DNA of 62,900 bases, the filler included, from Hausera hauseri (Eukaryota), in assembly GCA_046269625.1 (NCBI GenBank). It is 12 parts of 12 records of this genome, joined end to end, with 100 filler letters (N's around TTAATTAATTAA, not from the genome) between each part and the next. Parts side by side here need not be neighbours in the genome. Positions count along the whole stretch, not along the records: positions 9,779 to 14,175 come from JBJURY010601666.1; positions 14,276 to 18,996 come from JBJURY010461578.1; positions 19,097 to 24,892 come from JBJURY010188193.1; 9 more parts are not named here. One strand, given 5' to 3'. Below the pieces are notes generated by a model. The model was given only the letters and a program-made list of their open reading frames with translations. It searched no databases and had not been told where the DNA came from. A program made the translations under genes and the position numbers. Positions 11,301 to 24,145 of the stretch are shown in pieces (the first letter of the stretch is position 1; every line of letters starts with the position of its first letter).

Positions 11301-13972
11301 ATTATAAAGGATATCTAGTACTTTTGTTACATGTTAGGGTGGCCCTTAACAATCTCCCTCTATATAACAGTAATTTACTCTTGAAATTGATTCCTTACGC
11401 AGATTCGGTTTAACGTTCTCGTTAAACGAATGTGCCAATATGTATCAATTTTTAAAAATGTGTGTACTGATTGTCGTGTCCCGTGCAACGGTTTAATAAT
11501 ATTCTTGTGACTATATAAGTTAACTCGAATTTTACTACCTAGGGTCGTCAAATCAGCCTTAAGGGCCGATGGAAACTATATGGAAATTTAGAACAAAATT
11601 ATAAATAAAATATAATGATTACCACACTCGTACAATTCTGATCAATGACAAGAATAATACAATTTCCTCGAATTCAGTTCTAGTCAATAGCAGATCTCGA
11701 TCAACTGCCAATTGGTTCGTTTGTAAGAAGTATCGACACTAAGGCCAACTAATTCTCAGTTTATACAATAACTTTCTAAGTTACGACGCTACAGTCGTCA
11801 AAACAATGTTCATTCTGCTCTTGTAGTTACTCTTTATATACTATTCTCACTTCAATCTTTTCTCAGTAGCAGATGTTTTCGATTCATTTATTTGCTTTTC
11901 TCTTTCAATTCCGCAGTTGTTTTTAGTGACAGTTCAATTTATTTCAATATAAGACATATTTACACGCGATTTAAACTGCTAATAATCCTACAACTAATAT
12001 TTACAGGAAACAATTTCGCAGATGTTGCTTTAAATTGATTTTCAATTTACCAGTCAATATGCCAGCTGGTATTTTCATGACAAGAGCATTAAAAAATAAG
12101 ATTCTGTATAATTTTTATGTACCTGAAAATGCTCAAAGTACGATTACTATGGGTAAGTGTATTTGGAATAATGCCAAGTTTGTTATGAAACATTCAAATT
12201 TTTTTGATTTTAGTAACTTTATTTAATTTAAACTTTCGGCATTCAAATTTTTTATTTTTATCGGTTCCACGTTTCGTGCATTTTCTTAGCTATTGACAAT
12301 AAACATACAATCGTAATACAACGTGTCACTGAAAGTAAAAAAGTTCCACTCGTACGACTTCAAAAAACCGATTTATTGTTTTCAGTGAAATATACACTGT
12401 GATCAACAACAAATCTTATATCATTTAGAGTAAATAACCAACACTAATATGAAGTTTTTTGCCAATCACCTTGTATGATGGGGGATTTGGTAGAAATTCC
12501 GAAAATATTTCTAAATGATGTTTAAAAAATACCAACTATCAAGAGATGTCAATTTTAGTGGTTTATTTTATTATATCTCTATTGAGAATTTTCAGAACTA
12601 TTGACAAGAGTTGAAATACCAAAAGTCCAAAAAATGTTGTTATATGTAACATTGTATTTATTTATCATATGTAACAAATACACCATAGAACTTTTAATAC
12701 GTTTTCAAACTAATTTGTTCCTGATTTAACGACGGACTAAAATAAGATAAAAACCGATTATTAAAATTTGAAACAGATAAACTTGATTGGAATTTAACTT
12801 ATTAATAATAAGACAAGATATAACGCTCCATTTGCTCGGTTGTACCAGTTGCATTATGTATTTTTATACAGTTCGAACTATTAGATTTTTAGATAATTTA
12901 TGTGCGTGATTTTATCAAGAGTTAATACATCAATCAGAATATTTCATAATGGAGTACAGAAAATTGTTAGCCAAAATTTATTCTTAAAAAGTATCCAATT
13001 GAATACTGATAAGAACTATTTACGAAACAATTCTGTTGTCGAACTTCATAATTTCACTGTAACTAAAGATCTGTGACGTCAGTCTAACATTTTTCTTGAT
13101 GATGGTTTTTGACACGCATTATTCGTACAATTTCGAATTCGTAAAATTTCAAGGATTTAATAAATTGATGACGAGATCAATTAATGGTTTGAAACTGTGA
13201 TGTCTTTCTCTTACAGTTTAGTTATCATAAGGTAATTTTTGGATAAAATCAATGAAGTAGTTCCAAGTGATATAAATAAATTTGATGACATAGCATGCAT
13301 GTATAAACCACTATGAAGCTATTATATATGGTAAAATCATCATATACACTTCTGACCAAAATTATGTGAACGCCGTAATAAATGCTGTTTACTTGACACG
13401 GTCTCTAAAAATTGAGTTGTTTAAATTATCTATTGGATCTCCACGGTTTTATTCCTTTCTTTAAGCGACTTGGCATTGTTAAGGCACGTTCTTCGAAAAG
13501 CTGCTAAGTATTTGTTGTACCGACACTTCATGATGGTTCTGTAATTGTTGAGCATTAGGAAATCTGGTGACTCATGTATGTACACTTGGGAACACGGAGG
13601 TTTTGGTAAAATTACAAATTCTAACTCACTCTCGTTTAGAATTCTGTTGTTTTATTAAAGAATTATTCTATTGGCGAGGTTCAGTATTGAGTTTCTTTTT
13701 TGGTCCAACAACAGTTAAGTACATTATACGTTCGTTCTAACGTCTCCTCGCGGTCTTGCATTTACTACACGGTGTAAATATCAGTTTGAATTTCTTTAGA
13801 AATACTTTTTAGCTGCACCGCGCACTTGATAACTCTAAAAAAGTTTAAGCGAATATTTATATAGAAGGAAATATTAGTGATGTAACTGATAATTATACAA
13901 ATACATTGTACATTGAATGACAAACTAGAAATCCGACCTTTATAAAATATTAGTTGAAAAAAGCAGCGAAAA

Positions 13973-14161
13973 TTTTATGAAATTTCAAAATTTCTCTGCA
14001 TCTTTTGGGGAGAATTGAAGAAGTGCGAAACGACGTAAAATTTAGAAACCCATGTTGCATAAACTTAGCTTTGTCTGTAAAAGTCTTTTTCAAATCATTA
14101 ATCATATAAAATTTTGTACTTGTCAAACCTGAAGAACTCGCACAACTATGACTAGCAGTAA
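13973..14161 (+). repeat. Dispersed repeat shared with 57476-57616
   Basis: Blocks TTTTATGAAATTTCAAAATT, GGGGA.AATTGAAGAAGTGCGAA and TGACTAGCAGTAA occur in the same order in C3 and C12. Confidence 0.7.
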
Positions 14162-14275
14162 GGTGCTACTTCTTGNNNNNNNNNNNNNNNNNNNNNNNNN
14201 NNNNNNNNNNNNNNNNNNNTTAATTAATTAANNNNNNNNNNNNNNNNNNNNNNNNNNNNNNNNNNNNNNNNNNNN

Positions 14276-15177
14276 TATGTGCAAACAAAATCATTGGACT
14301 CAAAGTCCTGTTTGTACGTCTCAACGAAATCCGCATTCCGACCCAAACTGATATAATTCACATTGCTATGGGTAAACGTTTCCGAATCGGTCGTATAACT
14401 GCTCGTTTCTTGAATAGTCATTTGAAATGTAACGAGCACAAATTTCGGCAATCGTATGTCTCTAAACAATGCGTCCTTGCAAAACGTAGTTGAACCTTTG
14501 GGTATGGTGTAAAAGACGAGTTCTGTGCGTTGTATCGGGTAACATGCATTTTGCATTTCCAAGCCCAATCGATGTCCCATGAGCACAGATGGTTCTACCT
14601 TTACTCGACTTACGTATAATCGTGCCTCGGTAATTTTTAGTATGAGTTTGTGATTTGCAACGGCGATTTTCAAACAAAAGACATTGTCGCTGCGTTTTAG
14701 CTGAATCATGGCTTTAACACTGGGCAGTAGGTATTTCGGCTGATCGAAAAAGTCGAAGTACAGCGGTCCTCTCATGGTAAGTGCTTTTGATTCTGCCGTC
14801 CATGCCTGACGGTTTGCCGCTGCGGCATCGTATACGGTGGTTTTCGTCAAATGAGTTGTTTTCGTGTCTGCTCTGTAATTCAGAGCCGTTTCAATGAGTG
14901 CTTTGATAGTGTATAGACTGGTGTTGCCTTCGATTTTGACACTGCTCGATTTTGACACGTTGATATATCCTTTTTTAACAATGACTTTTACATATAGTAG
15001 CGTATGGTTCAAATCCAGGTATTCTTTGTCCGATGCCATAACGTTGAATTGAATGTCAACATTATCGTCCGTTGAAACCGAATCAACGGGGTAGATTTTT
15101 TCAAATGCCGCTCTGCTAATAACAATTTGTGGCACCGCTATGTCAAATATGCACCATTCGGATTTTGAAAATGCCAT
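14276..15177 (-). CDS. Polinton major capsid protein (PY/hexon), 3'-partial
   Basis: KSEWCIF...IYPV...IQFNV...EYLDLNHTLLYVKV; Y..KALIETALNY; DFFDQPKYLLPSV...QLKRS; LKITEARLYVSRVKV; LPKFVLV. Confidence 0.9.
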
Positions 15178-15200
15178 TTGTGTGTCTGCCTGTCTGTCTG

Positions 15201-15552
15201 TCAATCGAAAATCGTACGACGACGACGTTTGTTTATAGTTGATGAGCTCAGTGATGCTCTACGGCGTTTTCTCAAGCCACTGCCAACAAATTGTTTTTTG
15301 ACTGATTCAACGACTCTCGGTGCACCTCTTTTTATTTCTGACAAGGTGTGTTCCTTCAATGATAGTAAAATCGATTTGTTTTCATATAGTACGTCCTGTG
15401 CTGCATTTGCTGCCACGGCTCCAATACGCTTCACCACCGGAAATGTTAAACGTGCCAATGTACGCAACCATCAAGAGCCATACTGTTTACCAACGTAATA
15501 CGGCAGTTCACGGCCTTGCTGGGGTTTACTATAAATGGAAACGATTTGGGAA
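15201..15552 (-). pseudogene. Polinton small basic core/membrane-active protein
   Basis: PYYVGKQYGS*WLRTLARLTFPVVK (QxGxG-type motif plus amphipathic helix), GSG and Arg-rich tail ending TIFD, directly upstream of MCP; one internal stop. Confidence 0.7.
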
Positions 15553-16625
15553 TCAATTATTTTGAATTCGACGGATATAAAGAGTTAGACTGGTTGTTGT
15601 ACCGTACGGAAGTTCAATAAGGTAGCCCGTGTCACATCGGTTGTTCACTTCAACATTGTTTGTAGATGTAGATGCCACAGGTAGGTACATTGGATTATCG
15701 AGCTTGACAGTGACATTGTCACCGGCAGTATACTTGCTGCTTTGCAAATAAATTGCACGGAGTTGCGGTACTCGTACTCCACTGACCAAAATCTGTTCGG
15801 TGACGTTCACTTAAATGGACATTTGACTTAGTCCAGTTTCCAGTTTGGGTTTAAGCGTTTCAATATGTACCGCCGCCGTCTTTGTATTCGATGTCTTAAA
15901 CCGTTGTTTTTCAAAACCCAATACCATGGCCATAGATTTGTCAATGAAATGTCGACAATATCCTTATTCAGTTCAAATTTCACGTACCCACTTGCATCTG
16001 ATTCGAAAAATTTAAATATTGTCTTGTACTTTTGATTTTGAGAAGTGTTGACAGAGACGTGCTACAGATTTGCAATAGACATTGTCTACAATTGATACGT
16101 ATGACGTTGACACCCTTTCAGATGTATAGGTAAATTTCACCGTTGTCTGGTAATGTACGGGACTTAATCTTGCACAAACTACATATTCACTTTTAATATG
16201 TTTACCTATGTACTCTGTATTTTTGAATCCAAATTTCTTCTCAATCTCAGAGGACTCAAAGGTAACAGTAAATTCAAAATCCGCCATAAAATGTACGTTT
16301 TGATCTAAAATAAAAACACCGATTTTGCCGTGTAAACCGTAATTTGCTTCGGTCGTGAAAATGGATGATTCTCCAACTGTTATTTTATTGTTAGTATCAG
16401 AGGACAAGAATGTGTTTTGGTTTTAGTAACAGTCTTGTACGTTATTTTCGTATTACCTTTCAATGTCACCGCTGCGTAGGGGAAGTTAAATTCCGTCAGT
16501 GCAATCTCCCATTGTCCAGCAGGTAAATCCAAAGGATTGTTCCCATCTACAACGTATTCACTAGCGGAATTGTTCGGACGAGTCGTCGGACAACTGTTAC
16601 TCGGCAACACCATGTAAATACTCAT
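15553..16625 (-). pseudogene. Polinton minor capsid protein (penton/PX), canonical copy, frameshifted
   Basis: N-term MSIYMVLPSNS...PNNSASEY...LDL...WEIALTEFNFP; C-term QILVSGVRVPQLR...NPMYLPV...LTLYIRR. Confidence 0.85.
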
Positions 16626-16658
16626 GATCTCGATGATGATGATGACGCAGTTTGTTTA

Positions 16659-17655
16659 TTATCGACCTTGACGACGTCGAAAGTTTAGCGTCAAATGTTT
16701 CGTTGACCCGAACAAAAATTTAATGGGTTACCAAAATTTATCAAACATATACTCGGAAATACTGCACAATATTGTGCAACAATGACAAGTATATGGGTCT
16801 TAACATAATAATGCGAACAGTTTCACCTAATGATGCTGATTTGTACGTGTCAGAATCCAATTCGATAAAAGCCAGCAGTTGTTTACATTCTCCACCAACG
16901 AGTACGGTTTCGATTAAGTCCGTTACAATGTTGATTCGGTGAAATGCTTCATAGAGTTTTGGTTGGTATTTGGCAACAATATATCGTCCAACAATGTTTT
17001 GATAGAACTCACGTTGTGAAAAACTCAGATTCCGAGCCAATAATTCATCAAAAGAAAAATATGTAACATTGTCATGGAGTGTAATCGAAATACGACCATC
17101 TGCGTTTATTTCACATGTCTTTACGACTAATACGGCCGATTTCTTGATGTATTCACACAATTCCAGTTCCGTTTCCATTAGTAAATCGTGAGGTATAATA
17201 TAATAGAGGAAGACTGCTTCTGACTTAATCCACTTTACAATAATATCGGATTCCGCATTGGACGAAAGGTCCAATTTTTCACCAATTATAACATGTCAAC
17301 ATAGCCGTAGACGTTTTAAGTGTACATTGACTGATTGAAAACCCCATGCATGAGTATCAGCTATAGATTTAAACTGCATTTCCGTGGGATTTCGATGTAT
17401 TAGTTTCATACAGTAGTTTGAAAAATAAGCATAAACCGAAAAACTTTGGCGCAAATAATTGCGAAGAGCATATCGGTTATTGTGTCGGATTGTCCGCAAA
17501 CGATATGTTGTCATTCTGACGTATTGTCATTGGTGAAAATGTAAACGTGAATTCCGTCAAAGCCACTTGCCAGGCTCCCTGGCCTAAATCGACCGGTTGG
17601 TTCAAGTGCACGGTAAACTGTTTAGCGGTATTGTCGTCATTGTCGTCGTTGTCAT
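16659..17655 (-). pseudogene. Second, divergent penton-like gene
   Basis: C-term INIVTDLIETVLVGG...LLAFI...PIYLSL...LTLNFRR is penton-like; N-terminus lacks the LPSN motif; homologous to 52807-53201. Confidence 0.7.
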
Positions 17656-17700
17656 GTTATGATATTGACCTGTTACTATCAAGTACCAAATAAATGCTCA

Positions 17701-18734
17701 TCACTCAATATGCAATGCAAATGTCCAACTCGATGTAGTGTATCCGTGCCACTTGACGAGATATTGTTTATTCGAACCTTTGCCGCGTGAACGTAGAATT
17801 TCCTGAGTACAATTTATATCGGGTTTCTCGGGTAGTACCTGCAGTTCCTGTTCGTAGAATTTACCGCGTATTTCTTCACCGTTTTCATCCTCTAAAACGT
17901 ACATGACTGGTGTTTGTTTTATGTTGATTGCTGAAATTCGGAAAACCTTATCTCTCCAGTTCTGATTGAAATTCTTAATGAATGGCGTGGTACTCAGCTT
18001 TGAAATACGCACATAATCACCGATTTTATATTTTGGACGATGTTTAATTGCCTGTCGACCTCGTCGGTTGTTTTGATAAAGCCACATGTCGAAATCATCG
18101 ATTACGTCAACAGCTCGTAATCCATTGATACCACGGTTTGTCGAATGATTGTATGCATGAATAATATCCGACAGTACATCTACCCAGCGTTTGTTGCCTT
18201 GTTTCGTAAAGAATTTGTTTAGGTGACCGCGCAATGTTGGATTAAATAGTTCAACGAGTGCAGCCTTGTATTGGGAAAACACCGAGTAGTGGTTTACGCC
18301 GAACCGTTTCTATATCGCCGCAATGCGGGCATTGTAGAATTCCTTACCCAAATCCGTTTGTAAATGCTTCGGTTGTTGTTGTTGTTGTATCAGTGTCTGG
18401 ACAGCGTCGGCAATCTCTTTACCGGATTTAGATTTCACAGCAATTGCGCGTGAAAACGACTAAACACATCAGCACATGTCAGTACGTACCGATACCCATC
18501 ATTGATGCTGGAGTACGGAATCATTTCCATCAAATCCATTTGCCATACATTATTTACACCGCAACACGGTATGCACGAGTTGGAAACCGCTTTTTTTCGG
18601 TTTGTTTAGGCTGTATGAAACTGTTTCCCATGCCAACGTTGAGTCTGTTGCCGAGTCTGTTTGACAGTCTTTGCTAGTTTGTCGACGCCAGTATACCCGA
18701 CGGGATGACTCGAATCGAACCACACATCGCCCAT
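17701..18734 (-). pseudogene. Polinton retroviral-like integrase with C-terminal chromodomain, frameshifted
   Basis: HPVGYTG..KL; LQTDLGKEFYN; KAALVELFNPTL; YNHS; YKIGDYVRISK; GKFYEQELQ; YLVKWHGY. Confidence 0.93.
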
Positions 18735-20987
18735 CGTTGCCGTCGATGGTGTCGGTTTTGCTTGCATTACGGCAGTTAGAACGAAACGTAAATGAAAGAT
18801 TCGGTCAACTGGGACAGAAAGATGAAAACCATGCATCCATATCACAGAATTATCATATACTTACTGTCATTGTTTATACTATGACAATCGGTAGAATTGC
18901 ACCAATGTATCCGCCGTCTTGTTGGTACATAACCTCTCGTTTCAGTCGTTTACTGCGAGCGTTGGCAAGGCCAATGAGTCGTTTTAGGTACTTTAGNNNN
19001 NNNNNNNNNNNNNNNNNNNNNNNNNNNNNNNNNNNNNNNNTTAATTAATTAANNNNNNNNNNNNNNNNNNNNNNNNNNNNNNNNNNNNNNNNNNNNTCTT
19101 TTTAGGCAACGTGAGCGGTTCATCCGATCCAGCCAGTCCAACTGAGAGGACACCACTAAGCTGCACATTGGTTCGTTTTCAATCTGTGTGTGTGCGCGCA
19201 TTTGTGCGCATGTGTTTTAGCGTGAGAAATGCAATGTGTGGCGTGTGCACGTCCTGAAATGCGTGCGTCTCACGGCCAATGCGTGAAACTTGACAGCCCT
19301 GGTAAATATTAAATTATCTGGTGAGGCTAATCTGCTTTTGCTCTCATTAAAGCAAACTTTCTTATTTCATCAGCCATACACCTGTGGAGGAGGCTCTTCA
19401 CGTGCGTCAGCAGCAATTTTGAAGAGGGTCTGACAGCAAAGTGCACAAGAGTCCAACCTGAAGCGCTTTTTTCGTGTTTTTGATACCCAAATCACATTTG
19501 GTGTGAACGCAGAATAATTCCCACTAAACATTGGACGTCGCATGGATGTCCAGATCATGTCTAAATTGAGTCCGTCGGTCGTAGACCAATTCTGCATGTC
19601 TGCATGACGTCCGAACAAGGTCCTATTTCGACGTCAAACTAGGACCTCCCATGCACGTCGTTATGGAGTACAAAGTTTGAACGTCATAAAAGTTTTTTTT
19701 TTGAAGGTCATATAGACATCCATGGGAAGTGCATAGTTAATACTTTATTTATGATTTATTTTTAATTAAAAATATTAAACTATTATTAATTTACTATAAT
19801 ACATTATAATATGTTTATTATTTTTTAATTACCTTTTAATGTTTTCTTTTAATTTTATTTAATTAAATTTATTTAATTAAATTATATTTAAATTTTATAT
19901 TTATATTAATTTATTTAGAAAATATCAAGGTTTACTGAGGATATGAGATTACACAGTCATATTCAGTAGGTGGCAGTACGTGTGAAGTTGTTTGCTTTCT
20001 GTCATTAAAAAGAAAAGAGAAGAAGAATTGTATTAGCCGGCTTTGGAACCTGAGCATTATGATTGGATTGCCCGTTGTAGCACGTGATCTTGCCCAACCA
20101 ATCAACGCTCTCTTACGGCACAGTGCTTATTTTGAAGCCGACTGTTGCTGTTCTTTATTCTTTTCTGAGCGCAACTGGCTGGATTCTCCTTCCAAATTAC
20201 TCATCAGTTGAAGGTAAGTTTTGGTTCTGTTTTGTTAATTTTATGTGTTACATATTTTAACTTTGTTTAAGTTACTAGAACCCGTGTCCTTCTTGGCTTA
20301 TAGTACTTCAGCTAGCTACTGCAGTAGTCGAAAGGCATAAAGTTGAACACTTTGATGAAAAATAAGAGTCTAATCTCGCTAAATTTGCCTTTTTGATATT
20401 CTTTTCTGTATTTCCTTTATGACTTCTGAGACCTACTCCACACAAAACTGTTATCGTCGTGGCTTTGCCTCGTGGTCTCCCAACACGCATGCCATGTGCT
20501 AACCAGGGAACAGAAAGAATTAGGGATGGGTACTGAGCTCGATACTTTAAGTACCGACCGAATTCGGTCGCTGAGAACCAGTTCACGCTTCACGTAACAT
20601 CCATCGGTAACATGTTTCTCTCCCTAAATCCACCATTGCTACCGATTTGGCGTTCTAGTGAGAGATTTTCCATGCTTTTCCTGAATTCTGTATTGCGCAA
20701 GAGCGTAATGACGTCAGCAGCCACTAAGTTCGGTCTTTACTTACCTTTTAAAAGGATCAATGATTAGTTGTAACATTAGACTTTATTTGATAAACAGTTA
20801 TCTGTAAAATACAGACTGTTAAAATACTGTAAGGTGTTTAGTTTTTATAATTTTTAAACTGAAAGTTAAAAACAATTTATTACACGGATGTGGCCAGGGT
20901 TTTATTTTTTATTTTTTGGTTTTTGTTTACCATTACATCTTTATAGTTTTTTTATTGCTGAAATAATAATTACAAAATTTTTTTTAG

Positions 20988-22932
20988 GCCCTCAAAATGC
21001 AAGAATTGTGCCTCGGCGCGAGAGCCTGTCAACACCACGTGAGTTTACATGTCATCACATTTTAAACTACTGTTTTTTTTTTGGTTGTGTGAAATGAAGC
21101 ACAACTTTTTGAATGAAGCACAACTTTTTTTTCCCTTTCTTTTTAGGATCTCAACACGAAGACCCCACTTGTGGCAATAATGGCAATCATGGGTATCGCA
21201 ACAGGTAAATAAAGCACAAAGGCACCACATCATTAGTCATTAGTTTGTTGATATTGTTTCATGGCCCTATTCTGCCATTAACTGTTAACTTCTTATTAAA
21301 CTTCAGGTCCGGATCCAGGCCTAGAGATGATACCTCTTGGTTCAGGCTCCGGGACAACGCCTCTAGGTCTGGGTCCAGCCGCCGGGACCGCACCCCTAGG
21401 TCAAGGTCCAGGCTCCGGGACAATGCCTCTAGGTCTGGGTCCAGCCACCGGGACCGCACCCCTGTATCTGGGTCCAGCCGCCAGGACCGTGCCCCTGTGT
21501 CTGGGTCAAGGCTCAGTGGCAACAGCTCCACCTCCAGACAAGATGATGGAAGCTGGGTTCTACCAATGCCTCCTGGTGGTAAGTAACTATTAATCGTTGG
21601 CAATATTATCACTTCTTAAAGAGTAATTGTCAAACCAGAAGCTAGCCTAGCTATTGGAGAGAAGCACTGTTATTGACCAATGTTTTTCTTTTTTTCTTTC
21701 AGTATTTCAGCAAAGGGTTTTAAGTCTCCTAATTGATCTAAAAAATGGACTAAAGCAATTTCAGCCTTCTTCTTCAGTGATACACATAGAGAGGATGGAG
21801 ACGATTGAAGATTTTCAAAAGGAGGAGGAGCGGCTCGCCAACAGAGAATCTTTTAATACCCTGGTAGGTTTTACAAGTCTGGAAGAAAGCCTAGCATAAC
21901 ACCCCAGTGCAGTGGAATCAAACACTATTAAGTTCTATTGGGAGTGTCACTGAACTGTTTGTATTTATTTCAACAGGTTCAGCAGATATCAAGAATAGGA
22001 GGGAAAAGCACCAGGGACTTTGTCCACAAGGTCTTTGACAGGTATGTATCAATGCACAGTTCACCCACTAACCATCAGTATGTCCCTACACTCTATATGG
22101 ATGGACATGTATATTAATGCCTGTTTATTCATAATTCCTCAGGCTCTTCACTAACCCGCTGATGGCGAAATTTAATATGAAGGGGAAGGGAAAACAGGGC
22201 AAACGACCCCTGGAGAAAACCAAGGTTTATGCCGCAATAAAAGGTAAGCCCATATTCCCTGTAGCTCATGCACATTTTAAATAGAGATAATAAAAGTCCA
22301 AAACACTTTCTATCATTTAGAGGTTTTGCCAAACTCATTCACACACATCTTCACAATAATACAAAATATGCTATTACGATAGCATGAGCAGTGTAACTCC
22401 TGTGAGACAAGTGCATAGAGTTAACTACGTTTTACTAGGAGTAGGCGCTTTTGTCCACTCTGATATGGAAGAGCAAAAATGGCAACCAAACAGGCCATCT
22501 GCTTAAAGTTGAAATTAACAGCAAGCCAAATTTGATCTGTCCCAAATTTTCTGTAATGTTTTTACATAAAATACTGTTAATTACCATAATAAATAGACCT
22601 GAAGCTATTCTGTAACTTAAGACTTTATTACTTGCTGGAAAAGTATGAATTCAAGTAGTTACAATATATTTTAAGTTGTGGTCAGATCACATCTACATGA
22701 GGTAAATCTGCAAAAGACATGCTTTCTGGCATTATTTAAAAAAAAAAAAAAGATTATATAACTAAATTATTTACATATTTCTTTAATCTTGCAAATGATT
22801 TTTTTATTTTTTGTACTTGCAGAAGGAGTTATGAATGGTGATGTGGCGGCAACAGAGGAGTTCATACGGACCCATGCTGCAGAACATTTGAAACATGCAC
22901 CACAGAGAAGTGGACATGGACAGGCTGCTTAA
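20988..22932 (+). CDS. Spliced DUF4806-like protein (transposon-associated), 5' end unresolved
   Basis: GT-AG exons join to ...VQQISRIGGKSTRDFVHKVFDR-LFTNPLMAKFNMKGKG...-EHLKHAPQR...stop at 22930-22932; the LKHAPxR ending is typical of DUF4806-type proteins. Confidence 0.75.
21307..21520 (+). repeat. Coding minisatellite (~30-bp units, RSGSSRRDR-like)
   Basis: Repeated TCTGGGTCCAGCC...GGACCG / AGGCTCCGGGACAA units within an exon. Confidence 0.7.
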
Positions 22933-24145
22933 AAAAACTTTTTTTTTTTATCTTGCACACAAATAAGTAGTCATTGAGACTGTAAAAAAATATATATATT
23001 TTTATTGAATTGTACTGGAATTCTGTTTTTTTTTTTTTTGTTTTTCTTGTGCAGAACATTTGCACCCCGGGGAAGTGAACATGACACTGCAACACAATTT
23101 TTTTTGTGTATTTTTTGACTTTTGTATTGCTTTTATTAACTTTTTGTATAGTTGATGTTTTTATTTTTGTTGCATATTGGATGTTTTGGTTCCGGTTCCA
23201 CTTAACTGTAAAGTATGCTGTTTTTTTTATTTTTATTTTTTTATCTATTTCTGATCCAATAAAAATGATTAAACTAACAATACGTTTGGTGCTTTAACTT
23301 TTACACTAAGTCAATCTGGTTATAGCGAGTGGAGGACCAGTTTCCTGCTGAACAATGTTAAACGTACCATTTCTCTAGCCTAGCATTGTTAGCCTCGGTT
23401 TACATTTCAAATTAAAAGAATATGAACAGCAGCTAAAGCGACTAAAATAAGTTCAAATTTGACGTAGATGGGACGTCGAAATTGACCACATTTGCACTAC
23501 AATTAGCAGTCCAGTGGAGGTCGAAACTTGACATTGGTTCGACGTCGAAAAAAGACGTCATCTGGCGTTTCATTCTGCACTTGCGAGCGACCCAATTTAG
23601 ACGTGCAGAATTTACGTAAAAAAGACGTGATTTAGACGTCTCTTTGCGCGGTAGGTTATCTTTGGGAGTGGTCCCCATATGATTTATTAGAGACCTTGCA
23701 AGGAATGGCATGACCAGCCGGACAGAGCCATGGTGACTTGCCCGAACTAGCCAGAAACTAGCAGTGGGCCGGAAGCCCATTTATACACAAGCAGTGAGAG
23801 TGACAGCCAATGAGGAACTGACAAATCTTACAGGACACAGAGATGAGAACAGCGTCATTTAGATACAGGGTCTTATCATAGTGATACAGTGAAATGCCAA
23901 GGCTATGTGAACCCAGTAATTATTATCCATAACACAGGCTAATGTCTTTTGTAAGCTCCTGTCACTGCCCTAACTTTAAATAGCTGATTTCTCTTTTCTG
24001 TTGCATTGAATTTTCTTCTTTCTAAATAGGAAAAAATGGCCAAGTGCCACAGAAATCCTGTTTGGCAATATTAAACTCAAGCCATCATTATACAAGTAAT
24101 AATTATGTCTTTGTGCTGTAACTCCTCTGTTCTGTTCTTTCACAG

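Larger units (their letters stand above)
14276..18996 (-). mobile_element. Endogenous Polinton/Maverick (adintovirus-like) fragment, decayed
   Basis: Co-oriented small QQDGG protein end, rve integrase, two pentons, basic core-like protein and major capsid protein. Confidence 0.93.
19520..23655 (+). mobile_element. Fish-type EnSpm/CACTA-like non-autonomous DNA transposon, probably in tmem38b intron 1
   Basis: Arrays of GACGTC-core subterminal repeats at both ends; imperfect termini CCCAC.../...GTAGG flanked by TT on both sides (possible 2-bp TSD); internal DUF4806-like gene. Confidence 0.6.

Noticed and set aside
19600-19720. GACGTC repeats as a CRISPR-like array
   Set aside because: Irregular short motifs mirrored at 23450-23650, consistent with transposon subterminal repeats.
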